In this document: in pieces, positions 36,698 to 47,364 of the stretch
Layout of the letters: each line of letters opens with the position of its first letter
How positions within the stretch are numbered: the stretch's first letter is position 1
Source of the DNA: Cetorhinus maximus
Taxonomy: Eukaryota
Direction of reading: 5' to 3'
NCBI RefSeq assembly: GCF_964194155.1
Contig: NC_135898.1
Location: forward strand, 41,540,001 to 41,604,000
Length of the DNA: 64,000 nt
Notes under the pieces: model-generated
The model's input: the letters and a program-made list of their open reading frames with translations, nothing else
What the model was told of the DNA's origin: nothing
Database searches by the model: none
Program-made: the position numbers and the translations under genes

Positions 36698-37464
36698 TGA
36701 GTGAAAGACAAAAAGCTTCGACAAAAGAAAGTCTCTTTTTTCAGCAATACACAAATAGAATTGTGAGGGTATAAGCAGCAATCACTTTTACTGAGAAATC
36801 ACACCATAGGTTAGCTCAGGTTAGTAGTGTATAAAGGTAATTTAATGCAATAGAAGGTACCACAGTGAGCAACAAATGAATTCCAAACTCAATGGGCTTA
36901 TTAAGCCAACTAAGACTGATATATTATAAAGAGAATGATATCCCTTTAAAGATTGTGCTGCCTGCTCCAGTTATACAGGAAGTATGATTGTGATATCAAG
37001 TAACAAGGAGGGCAGGAAATTGAGTATTCTTATGAAATGGGGACTAAAGTATGTACAAAGAGAGTATTATTCTGCTGCTGGATGTGATAGGTCTGACATG
37101 GGAATACTTAAGCAAGCAGCAGGTAATCTTACAAACTTAGAAATTAGATTGCAGCATTTGCAATCATTTCATTTAATTAACAATAACAGCTGTGATCAAA
37201 TCAGAAACTAAATGGATGGAAATTCAATGTGATTATGCAGAAGCTAATATGCAGATCCAATGACAAAGCAGTTTTGTCTTCAACTCATGTCCAGCTCTAA
37301 CAAGCTGGAATTAAGGGATGCTGAAAGCATGCACAATGGTTTCTTTGGATTGAGGTAGGAACACAGTTAGGCCGTATTGGAGTCTTGATGTGGGGCTGAA
37401 TGCCCAACAGTAGTCTGAAACACAATGCTCCTGGGAGTTGAGGGAAAGTAAAGCTGGCTGTTCA

Positions 37465-38367
37465 CAGAATTATGGAATCATAGGATTGTTATAGCACAGA
37501 AGGAAACCATTCGGCCCATCGTGTCTGCAATGGCTCCTGAATGAGCATCTCACCTAGTGCCATTCCCCTCACCTTCTCCTCTTAAGCCCTGCACATTCTT
37601 CCTTTTCAGATAACAATCCAAATCCCTTTTGAATGCCTCGATTAAACCTGCCTGCACCACACTCTCAGGCCTGCATTCCAGATGTTAACCACTCGCTGTG
37701 TGAAAAAGTTTTGCCTCATGTCACCTTTCTTCTTTTGCCAATTACTTTAAATCATTGCCTTCTCTTTTCTCTGTCCTTTCACTAGTGGGAACAGTTTCTC
37801 CCTATCCACTTTGTCCAGATCCCTCAGGATTTTGAATACTTCTATCAATTTGCTCTCAACCTTCTCTTCTCCAAGGAGAACAGCCCCAACTTCTCCAATC
37901 TACCTTCCTAACTGAAGTTCCTCATCCCTGGAACTAGCCTTATGAATCTTTCCTGTACTTTCTCCAATGCCATCATATCTTTCCTAAAGTGAGACACCCA
38001 GAACTGAACACAGTATTCCAGCTGAGACTGAACTACTGTCTTATACAAGTTCAATACAACCTCCTTGCTCTTGTACTCTGTGCCCCTATTAATAAAGCCT
38101 AAGATACTGTATACTTTATTAACCACTATCTCAACTTGTGCTGCCATCTCCAATGATTTATGAACATATGCACCTAAGTCCATCTGCTTCTGCACTCTAT
38201 TTAGAGTTCTACACTTTATTTTATATTGTCTCTCTGTGTTCTTTCTACCAAAATGAATCACTTCACATTTCTCCACATTCTCCTGCCACTTATCCACAAT
38301 TCCACCAACTTGTCCATGTCCTTTTGAAGTTCTGTACTACCCTCCTCACAGCTTCCAAGTTTTGCAT
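37465..38367 (-). mobile_element. CR1 LINE 3' portion
   Basis: ORF 37908..38297(-) NVEKCEVIHFGRKN...QLEYCVQFW; 3' UTR and tail run to about 37465. Confidence 0.92.
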
Positions 38368-39662
38368 CTTATCAGGAAGAGCGAGGGTCTGAACACTGAC
38401 CCCCAGCGTACTCCAATATCCATAGGAACTTGACTCCAGGCTTACCTTAAATGTTGTAGGGAGATAACGTATAGATGAGAAATCTGAGAGGTTATCATGT
38501 TGGAAATGGGAGGAAAAGCCATTGTAGTGTGTTGGAAAAATCAGGCTCAGGTGAAACAAATAGACTCAGTTATGATCGATCAGCTCCTCACACTTGGCAA
38601 TGAAAGCGGGAGGTTGAAGACGACAGGTGAGAGAGGACGCAGGGGAGGGAGGTTGAAGGAGGGAGGAGGCAGATGAGGGAAGTTGTAGGAGGCAAGAGAG
38701 GGAGGTCGAAAGACACAGCTTGTGATGGAGGAAAGGGATTTAGGATTATATTTGTCCCCTGAGATGATCCTGGGGTAGAATGGCAATTTGGCCACAGAAG
38801 TATAGAGTGAGTATTGTGCTTTGGTGACAGTGACAGATCTGATGGAGACAAAAGCATCCAACACAGGAACAAAGACAGCTGTTTCGCTGATGAAGACAGC
38901 AAAGGTGCAGCAGGTGAAAAGCCAGGGAAAGTGAAATGCAGGCAAAGGAAAGAACTCTTGCTGGGGGCTGGGGTGGAGAGAGGAGGTGACTTCATCCAGA
39001 AACAAACATGGTGATAAAGAGGTGGACATGCGAAGGAGATGAGGGTTATTAATGAAGAACTTGGAGGTGATAAGGTCAGGTGAATGATCATGGGTGTGGC
39101 TAAGAAAACTTTATTCAGGTGCAGTTGATATTAAGTGAGGTCGGGAATGTGATCATGTTGGAGAAGCGAGGTTTAGGAAAAATGCAGTTGCAAGAAGTTG
39201 AAGTCAAGGATAAGGAGTGGCAAAAGGCGAGCGTTCCCTTAGCGTGGTGGTAGATAATGAAGACTTGTTCAGGATAGTGACAGGAATAAGAGTAAGATGC
39301 TCAAATTTGAAGAATGTGTCCATTGGTAGATGCTGAGATAGGACAGGCAGATAAAAACCATTCTAATGCCATGGCAGGCGGTGTATCTCTGGGAGGGGTA
39401 ACCCTGCTGGGGGCAGGAAATTATCATAATTATGTCTTCTTGTTGAACTCATTCAGGAATAGGTTTGGTCTTGTTCACAAAGGAAAAGACATTGTCCAGG
39501 GTGCTACGAACTGGATGAATGGCAGCAGATTTAGAGCACAGCATGGAGAGCGGAAGGAGTGACAGTGAGGTTGGATAAGTTTACCCTGGAGACTGAGTTG
39601 AGTCGGATATATGGTAGGAGGGGAGGTGAGGCAATTAAGACACTGCAGTGGAAGGGCAGCTA

Positions 39663-39856
39663 CAGATGTCACGATATGACGAAGTGGTTGGGGAAGGAAA
39701 CAGTTAACTTACAAGGAGTTCAATTTCTAATTATCAGTTAACAACCTAAGTACCCATTTGGATGTATAAAAGGGAAAACACAGCAGGCGAACAAGTGGGT
39801 CGTCTGGCACAACTGTCTGCCCCTCTTCCACGGCCACGTTCGTGGCCGGATGTCCC

Positions 39857-39906
<50 letters not shown>

Positions 39907-40213
39907 ACGCGGTGTCCGCCTGCACCATCGAGGCCTTCCGTGCCCAGTGGGCACCGCAGGGACTGGGATGCTTGACCCCTCAAAACACATTTTAATTTGA
40001 AGATGTGAGTTTCCTTTAAGATTAGTTTTTCCTTTTCCTGTACGCCTTTAAGCAGCTGCTTTTCACTTTGTCCCTTGTTTTCTTTCATTTAGTTTAATTG
40101 GTTAACTCAAAAGAGTAAAATTGAAAACAGGTGAGGCAGTTCTCCCTGTAGAGTTTTGTGCACCAGAAATAAAACTGTATCTGATGGAGTCAATCTTGCT
40201 CTTTATTGCCAAA
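39663..40213 (+). mobile_element. Solo-LTR-like insertion with a target-site duplication
   Basis: Direct repeat CAGCTA at 39657-39662 and 40214-40219; TGTCAC near the start, TATAAA at 39765, AATAAA at 40168, ACA at the end. Confidence 0.65.
39859..39904. repeat. (GA)23 microsatellite
   Basis: Uninterrupted GA dinucleotide run. Confidence 0.97.
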
Positions 40214-41599
40214 CAGCTATTGGAGCTTAACATGAAGGATACCTCGATTGATCAGAGGGCAGCCTTGGCCCATTCAGGAGAAGTTTGATTGTTTTATGGC
40301 TGTAGGAGCAGATCAGCTAGTGATAGTGGCTGGAAAGCAACAGGGGAGTAATACAATAAGGTGAGGAAAGAAATGGAGTGTCAATGGCAGGGAGCAGAAG
40401 GATGGACAAGAGATTAGAAGGGTGTTACTGGGTGACACTTAGCATGGAGAAAGAAGAATGGTAGCTTTGAATTGCATATTCAAAATGGGAAATTACTATA
40501 AAAACTGAGACAGAGCTCAAAAATGGTAATCAATGTCAAAAACATACCTGACAAATAGTGTCTGAAGTCTGCTATGCAATCAAGAAAACTCGGAGTTACC
40601 CGGATGGTGGTTGAAGACTTAAGATTGTCTGACAAGCGATAGCTGGAATTCTGAGACTGACTAGCTATCGAAAGATCCAGGGCAACGGGAATCAGTCAGC
40701 ATCTTGGTCCTGATTTTTTTAATGCAAGATCCTGAGTTGTGAGGAGACAGGACAGTTCTCAACACTGCTAATACTTAAGGTCAAGTGGGTCTGAAATTCT
40801 ACCTGGTCCTCCATACTCTTGGTTCACATGTTTTGGGACTGTTCTTGGCTGTGCTGTATTTTGTCTTTGTTGTAGCTCAAGCTGCCAAGTGTGGGAGAGG
40901 GTGTGGATCAAACTTCATATCACATAGCTAATCAAAGAGAGAGCAGCTGAGGCCAAATACAGATAGTGGTTCACAACCATAGAGGTCCAAACAGGGATTG
41001 TCTTACTAAAATGAGACCAGCAAAAGAGAGCAGCAAACTTACCATATTGTCAGATTGCTATGAAGCCCTAAATCTTATTATGACTGACAGAAGAAAGTTG
41101 CCCTGTTTAACATTGAGATGTCTGCTGAAAATCTGTCCCAATAACATGAGGTCACGCACTGCAGGATTTCAATAGAAGTTGCCATAGAAATAATTAAATC
41201 ACTTGGAGTTTGGATCTTTAACAGAATAACAAACCTGAACAATTGTGAACAGTCTGTGATGGTAATTTAGGGAAAAACAAAATTTATGGTAAAACTGTAC
41301 AGGGAGTAAATAGAGATTTAGAATGCACTGCAAGTTAAACATTTTAATATGTTATCCATTCTGCTTCCCTTGCTACTTACACAGAGGAATGAGTCAGTTC
41401 ATCTGAAAATAGGACAATTTGATGCAGGGAAAATATCACTTAAAATTTAATATGCCACACATTGGAATATATCAACTGCCTGTGGTTCCATATTCCTCCT
41501 TTTTCAATATTAACTGACTACAAATAATCTGATCTATTAAGGTAATTGTGTTATAAAACATTTAATTTCATTTACAGGAAGCAGATTCTTAAAAATTAA

Positions 41600-41830
41600 G
41601 AAATGGCATTTACAAAGTGCCTTTCATTTTCTTCAGAATCTCCCAAAGTGCTTCACAGCCAATAAGTTACTTTTAAAGTGTATTCATCATTTGCATGTAA
41701 ATAGACTGGATAATTTATGCCTAGCAAGCTCCCACGTGCAGCAATGAATTGCATGACCAGCTCTGGTGTTGGTTGAGAGATGAATGTTGGTCAGGACACT
41801 GGGATTCCTGGCTCTTCTTTGAATGGTGGC
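41600..41830 (-). mobile_element. Deu-domain SINE remnant
   Basis: GCATTTACAAAGTGCCTTTCA...CCCAAAGTGCTTCACAGCCAAT...GTTGGTTGAGAGATGAATGTTGGTCAGGACACTGGG is the reverse complement of the Deu domain and tail. Confidence 0.7.
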
Positions 41831-42089
41831 TTAGGGAGTTCAGTGCAGTACAGAAGGGGTGTGCTAGCACCAGGTCAGCCTACATTTTGTACTTGAGCTT
41901 GAGTAATTTTGTGTAAAGATTTAATTTTGAATTTGCTTTGATAAATAAAGATTACTATAAAATGAAGAACTGAAAAAAATAAGAATTTCATCAACTAATG
42001 TGGGTTCACATTTCTGTAATAAAAATGCAATAATTTCTGGAGTTTTAGATCCATTCTTGTTCAATTTTGCAATGTGTAATAACTACTTC

Positions 42090-42345
42090 AGTTCAGCACT
42101 GAGGGATGCGGCACTGTTGGATATACTGTATTTTGAATGTAAAAAAATATCCATGCCAGTATTTTGAGGTGATTCCCCCTAGGGTTGGTTCCTCAACCAA
42201 CATCATTAAATAAAAAGATTATCTGGTTGTTGATGTTTATAGGAACTTGTGTGCAAATTGCCTGCTGTATTTTACATTGTAATGATTATTACACTTGAAA
42301 AGTGCTTCATTCACATTCAAAACACCATATAAATGCAGATCATTC
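42090..42345 (+). mobile_element. Deu-domain SINE remnant
   Basis: GCACTGAGGGATGCGGCACTGTTGG...CCTCAACCAACATCA...GATTATCTGGT...GTGCAAATTG...ATATAAATGCA. Confidence 0.65.
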
Positions 42346-43533
42346 TTTTTCTCTTATTGCAACAAAGTAAACAACTGCAAACTATTGTCTGAAATTTTTG
42401 CAGTCAGCTTACAACCAGTTAAGCCTGTGTTCAATGTTGAATTTCTGCTCAAGTATCCCATTACACACAAGAGAAAACTATTATTTCAAAAGTAGGTCAT
42501 ACAGATTTCAAGATTAGTATCTTGGAATATTCCTCTTTTTCTTAAGAAAAAAGCATTTTGTGAAAAAAATCTGACAGACTTGCCAAAATGCTATAAATTT
42601 TCTCTAGCAGTTTTGAAGAACTGTAGAACTTTACAGTCCAGAAAGACCATCAAGTTCATCATGTCTGTGCCCATTCTTTGCTCGAGCAAGCCAAAACTAA
42701 TCACACTACTCTCTCCCGAAAACCTTGTATCCTCTTCTGCTTCAAATACTAATCCACTCTTCCCTTGAAGTGGACGCTGCTTAAATAATCCCTCTTGGCA
42801 GAGCATTGCATCAAGCATAGTAGCTCCTTCCAGCCTTTCTCCTCTGTCAGCGAGGGTTTCAAACTGATGAGCTCCTTGTCACTGAGTCCAGTTCTCCCAT
42901 ATTTACCTCAGCAAACCCTTACAGAAAGAAGATTTAATAGAGTTTTAAAAAGTAAAATAAGCATACTGACAATTAGCCTTTAGTTAAGGACATCTGTTAG
43001 TACCAATAATAGTCCAAAGAAGTTCACTAACCATAAACGAAAGATAATTTATTGAGTATAACAAGCATGACCCAGGGATCAAGAAGTGGTGTCACATTGA
43101 TTAGTTTTATGTTGGGGATATTAAAAGCTTTCTTATTTTCACTAAAGCCTAAAATTGCTCTTTAAATAAGCTAATAAAATTCCAAGGATGTCTTAATGTT
43201 GTCAATTAAAATGTCCAGAATTTTATGTGCTTATATGTGAGAAAAATATTTTAAACTTAAAACCCGATATTAATGCGAGAACAAATTGACCATTGGCCTC
43301 ATAGATGTTCAACAGCAGTTTTCATAAGTGTATTAATTATTCACAGATTGTAACTATTAAACAGAATTTTTTAAAAATCCTGCGGATGCATTTCTTCTTC
43401 GAACACCCTCTTTCTCTCTAACCCCTGTCCAGTGGCCCGACAGAGTTCAATTGTCAAGCTGCACCCAAATAGTGGGTCCCAGCTGGGGATAGCAATAGAT
43501 ACAATGTAAGTGGCATCAGTTGCCTTGGGACTA

Positions 43534-44485
43534 AGGCCTAGATTTTCGCCATGGCGAAGAGGTTCTACATCATGGCAAAAATCATGGAAATGGACGAAAA
43601 TTCTAAACCCCACTCCAGAACACGACATGCTCCTTTTTCGCGGGACCAGGACTGGAGTTGGGTTGGGGTTCACACCGGTTTGGTTTACAGAGGCAGATGG
43701 TCATTTAAAACACCAGCTGCCTCCACTGAATTGGGATTTTGGTAAGCCAGGAATGCGAAACCCGGAGTGTACAGATTAGAACAGCTAAGAGGAGGTCTGA
43801 ACTTGGCGGATTTGTTTGGATTGCCAGGGTAACCCTTTGGAGAGGTAAGGTACCCCTTTGGATATTGGTCTCCGTACACCTTTGTGAGAGGTAAGGCAAC
43901 CTTTGGGACTGATTGGAAGTGTCATGCTGTCAAGGAACTATCAAAGAACTGTGCAACTGTCAAAGCTGTCAACGAACTATCCAGCTGTCAAGGAGTTGTA
44001 AAGGATGCTAGGTGAATTGGCATGGAGGGAGCAGGGCAAAAGGTGGTAGGTGGGGTCATTGGTTGGCATGAGTTGGCAGAGGGGCCATAAAGGCCCACGG
44101 GGATGTAGGGATATGAAGGGCCATTGGGTGTTGGTAGAGGGGCATGGGTTGGCATAGGGGGTAAGAAAGGCCATTGGGGGTAGATGGATGGCATGAGGTG
44201 GCATACATGGGCATGGATAGGCATAGGCTGTGTGTTGGGGGGGGTGAGGGCTGGAGGGGTGTTTTTATTGTTTTGTTACAACACATCAACACGGCAGAGA
44301 GGCAGGCCTTCCGCCCAGCCTGCTTTTACACCCGAAAGCCTCCACGCCTATTTGGGGGCCAGTGGGCCTGACTTCCAATCCAGCCCTCCTCCCCAGAACG
44401 ATGATCAGAACTGTGGGCGGCCATTTTTGAAGGTCGCATTTTCAGAGCCGGGAATTCTCCCGTCTTTGTGCAAAAATCTTGGCCT
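43534..44485. mobile_element. Non-autonomous Harbinger-like MITE
   Basis: Termini AGGCCTAGATTTT / AAAATCTTGGCCT; interior with GGCAT-rich repeats. Confidence 0.65.
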
Positions 44486-44594
44486 TGGATGAGAATTAGT
44501 TTCTTCTTGCTAGCCAGTGATCCCCACTGAGAAAGTGCCTTGAAAGAAACTGGTTAAGGGCAGGATTGGCTGAGCCAGGAAGCTCTTCATATCT

Positions 44595-44830
44595 AAAAGC
44601 AAAATACTGCAGATGCTGGCAATCTAAAACAAAAACAGAAAACGCTGGAAAATCTCAGCAGGCCTAGCTGCATTTGTGGAGAGAAAGACAGAGTTAACAG
44701 TTAGAGTCCATATGACCCTTCTTCAGAGTGGAGAAGGGTCATACGGACTCAGAATGTTAACTCGGTTTCTCTCTCCACAGAAGCTGTCAGACCTGCTGAG
44801 TTTTTCCAGCATTTTCTGTTTTTGTTTCAG
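44595..44830. mobile_element. Palindromic Penelope-type short element with hammerhead-like cores at its centre
   Basis: Arms 44624-44725 and 44729-44830 are inverted copies around a 3-nt centre (GACCCTTCTTCA-GAG-TGGAGAAGGGTC). Confidence 0.8.
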
Positions 44831-45128
44831 CTCTTCACAGCCCCATTTAGTTCAAAAAGTGAATAGAGGAGAGGTATTCTGGATCATTGAACTGTAATTT
44901 TCTGATACCCTTGCTAAGTGGTCATTCTTTATATGACAGTTAGAATGATAGTTGAATGATTCAGAAATATTCCTCGCATGTGTTTTCTAAAATGTTAAAT
45001 ATCTCTAATGCCACTTTAATCTCTTAATTTATTTCCATGTGTTAAAATAGTACATTGCAGACCATTCAGATCAGTAACTCCATTTCAAACTTTGCCACTT
45101 TCTGCAACAGGATGTCAAAACTAACATA

Positions 45129-46330
45129 GACCGGAATTTTCTGGCCCAGTTGGCGTTGGGCGTCATGGCAGGTGGTGGGGAGGAACAATGGCGAGAAGGC
45201 CAAAGATCGGTTTCATGCCATCATGAAACCAGTTTGCAATCGTCCACTCCACCTATCAATGGTGGGCCGTGTTTCCTGCTGCCACACGTCGGGAATACTT
45301 TAGCATCTCATTATAAGCCCTGCTCGCTGGAGTCATCCCTCCCCACGCTGCATCATCCGGGTATGTTGTCCTGATTGCACGCCGAAGCGTTTCACAACTG
45401 TTCGTAAGTGAGCTGCACTTCATTCAGCACTTCGAAGTTTGTTTGCCTACCTTGCTTTGGGTCATCAGAGCCAGGCTTCATGGCAGCACCATATCACTTT
45501 TAGGGGGGATCATGGGCAGGTCTCTACCTAAGACGCAGATCACTTTTCAATGGCTGCAGGGCTAGGGCTTGCTTGGGGAAGGGAGAAAAGTGGACTCAGG
45601 CAAGGGAAGGGGCTGCAAGGCAAAGATTGCACTGGGGGAGGGGGATTATCCCATGGCGTGTATGAGGGCACATGTTGATCTGTGCAAGTGACCTCAAGAT
45701 GCTGAGGGCTGAGGAGGCAGCCTCCAGAGGAGATGAGGCTAGATGGAGATGTGGGGGTGTGTGTGAGACAGTGAGTGGTGATGTCCCTTGAGCTGGCAGT
45801 GAGTGAGATGCCAGTGAATGTGTGATGGACTTGTAACTATGAGAGTTCAGTGTGATGAGATGGTTGCCTTACCCTGGCGGCACAGATGAGATTATTCATT
45901 TGTTTTCTGCACTGGATGGCCGATCTCTTGTGTGCAACATTGGCATCAAGATAGAGTGGTGAGACTGAAGGGGACCTCCTGCGGCCAGGACAAGGGTAGA
46001 GGACATCGGAGCGGGCCTCCATGGCGTCCCAGGCATCACTGAATCAGGAGGCTGCACTCTTCTTGGCTTTTGGGGTCATGCCTTCACCGGAGCAGTACTG
46101 GCCTGGAAGCATTGAGATGTGTGTATGTGGCTGCAGTTTAAATATGCCGCCCTGCATGAGGAAGTGGCGAGGTAACAGCGTGATGGACAAATCGGAGGCC
46201 ACCTGCCAAGACGGTGTGTTTCCTGTGGCTGCATAATTAATGAGGTGGAAATGGGGCGATACGGCGCAAAAACACACCACTGCAGCAGGCGGGTAAAACT
46301 ACTTTGTGTAAATCTGGGACAATTCCGCCC
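45129..46330 (-). mobile_element. Internally deleted Harbinger element retaining Myb/SANT exon 1
   Basis: Termini GACCGGAATTTT / AATTCCGCCC; minus strand gives FSDAWDAMEARSDVLYP...KRSAIQCRKQMNNLICAAR followed by a GTAAG donor near 45872. Confidence 0.75.
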
Positions 46331-47062
46331 ATCGTTTCATTAAGACCTTGCTCAACTCAATGATCACTCAAGGTTACATTTCCAACTCAATCAAACCAAA
46401 TTAAGTGGTCAAACCAGAGAGTAATATAGCACAAATGGAGGCTATTTACAATCATTGTGGCTATGCTGGTGTTTCAGACTGATGCCAACAGAAATGCAAG
46501 TTGGGAAGTTTCTATAATGCCCATTTAATACCAGGGCAGCAAGCATCTACCTCCTGGAGTGCACAAACCCTGGCTTTACTACACATTGTACTGTACTTTG
46601 GCCCCATAAGAGGTCTGCATGTCTGTCGCCCTAGCTTCCCTCCCATTTCACCTGCAGAATGCTGCCAAATTCAACTTCCTGGCTGTAAAGCACTTTGAGA
46701 CATCTTGAGGTTGTGAAAGGTGCTAAATAAATGCTAGTCTTTCTATCTTTTTATGCTGTAAAAAGGCAGACAGTGGTCAACCCATGCTAAGGATCATCAA
46801 CTTCAAATTGATGAAAAGTAACTGGTCATTAGGTTAAAAATCATCTTTAAATCTCAATCAGCAGTGAAAGTCAATGTACTATTGGTCCAGTTTGAATCCG
46901 ATGGTGAATGATTGGTTTCACCAGTACCATATTCATGCTCATAAAACAGAGTTATCTGAATTTGAACCTTAAGGTCTCAAGGGTAAATTCACTGATGAAG
47001 AAACATGCTTACAAAGGAGCCTGGGTAAGAGAAGCAGCATCCAATCTCCTGAGGTGCTTGCT

Positions 47063-47273
47063 TGTTATAGTTTTGATTTTCCAGACAGGTTTCTCACAAG
47101 AAACAGTGAAATTTATTTACAGGGCTTCAGCAGCAGTTACATGCTTCCATCAAGATCCACAACTAGACTCAAAATAACTCCACCCCTAAAGTTCCCTGCG
47201 CTTAGGACTGATTCATTCACACTGCCACGTGATACTACACAGTACAGTAGGCCTTAAAGCTACAGTCACTACA
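47063..47273 (-). repeat. 3' LTR
   Basis: Minus strand TGTAGTG...CTATAACA; preceded on that strand by the PPT TTAAAGGGGGAGAAA (47274-47288). Confidence 0.95.
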
Positions 47274-47364
47274 TTTCTCCCCCTTTAATTTTTTTTTTAC
47301 AATTTGTATTTACAAAAACAACTACATTCATGACATTTCAAATATATACACGAGTTATGAAATT

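Larger units (their letters stand above)
35926..36750 (-). mobile_element. Penelope-like element fragment (GIY-YIG C-terminus plus pLTR) with inverted terminal repeat
   Basis: Minus-strand translation of about 36545-36215: QRLTDHIKQHVP...DSAIGQHLLNNP*YAKNYTDNQFKIV...LRVLEATYINTQGPVLCRQKEHVHTL; inverted repeat 35926-35978 / 36698-36750. Confidence 0.85.
38400..40800 (-). mobile_element. Old L2 LINE (endonuclease region), interrupted
   Basis: Purine-rich plus strand; minus-strand remnants resemble L2 ORF2 N-terminal motifs (IYPT/IYRP-like, FIQF/DFN-like). Split by the insertion at 39663-40213. Confidence 0.5.

Noticed and set aside
39727-40088. ORFs with SL or ER dipeptide repeats
   Set aside because: Translations of the (GA)23 microsatellite.
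42591-42920. Possible minus-strand host exon (MLDAMLCQEGLFKQRP...)
   Set aside because: No recognisable homology and no consistent splice-site pair enclosing an open frame.
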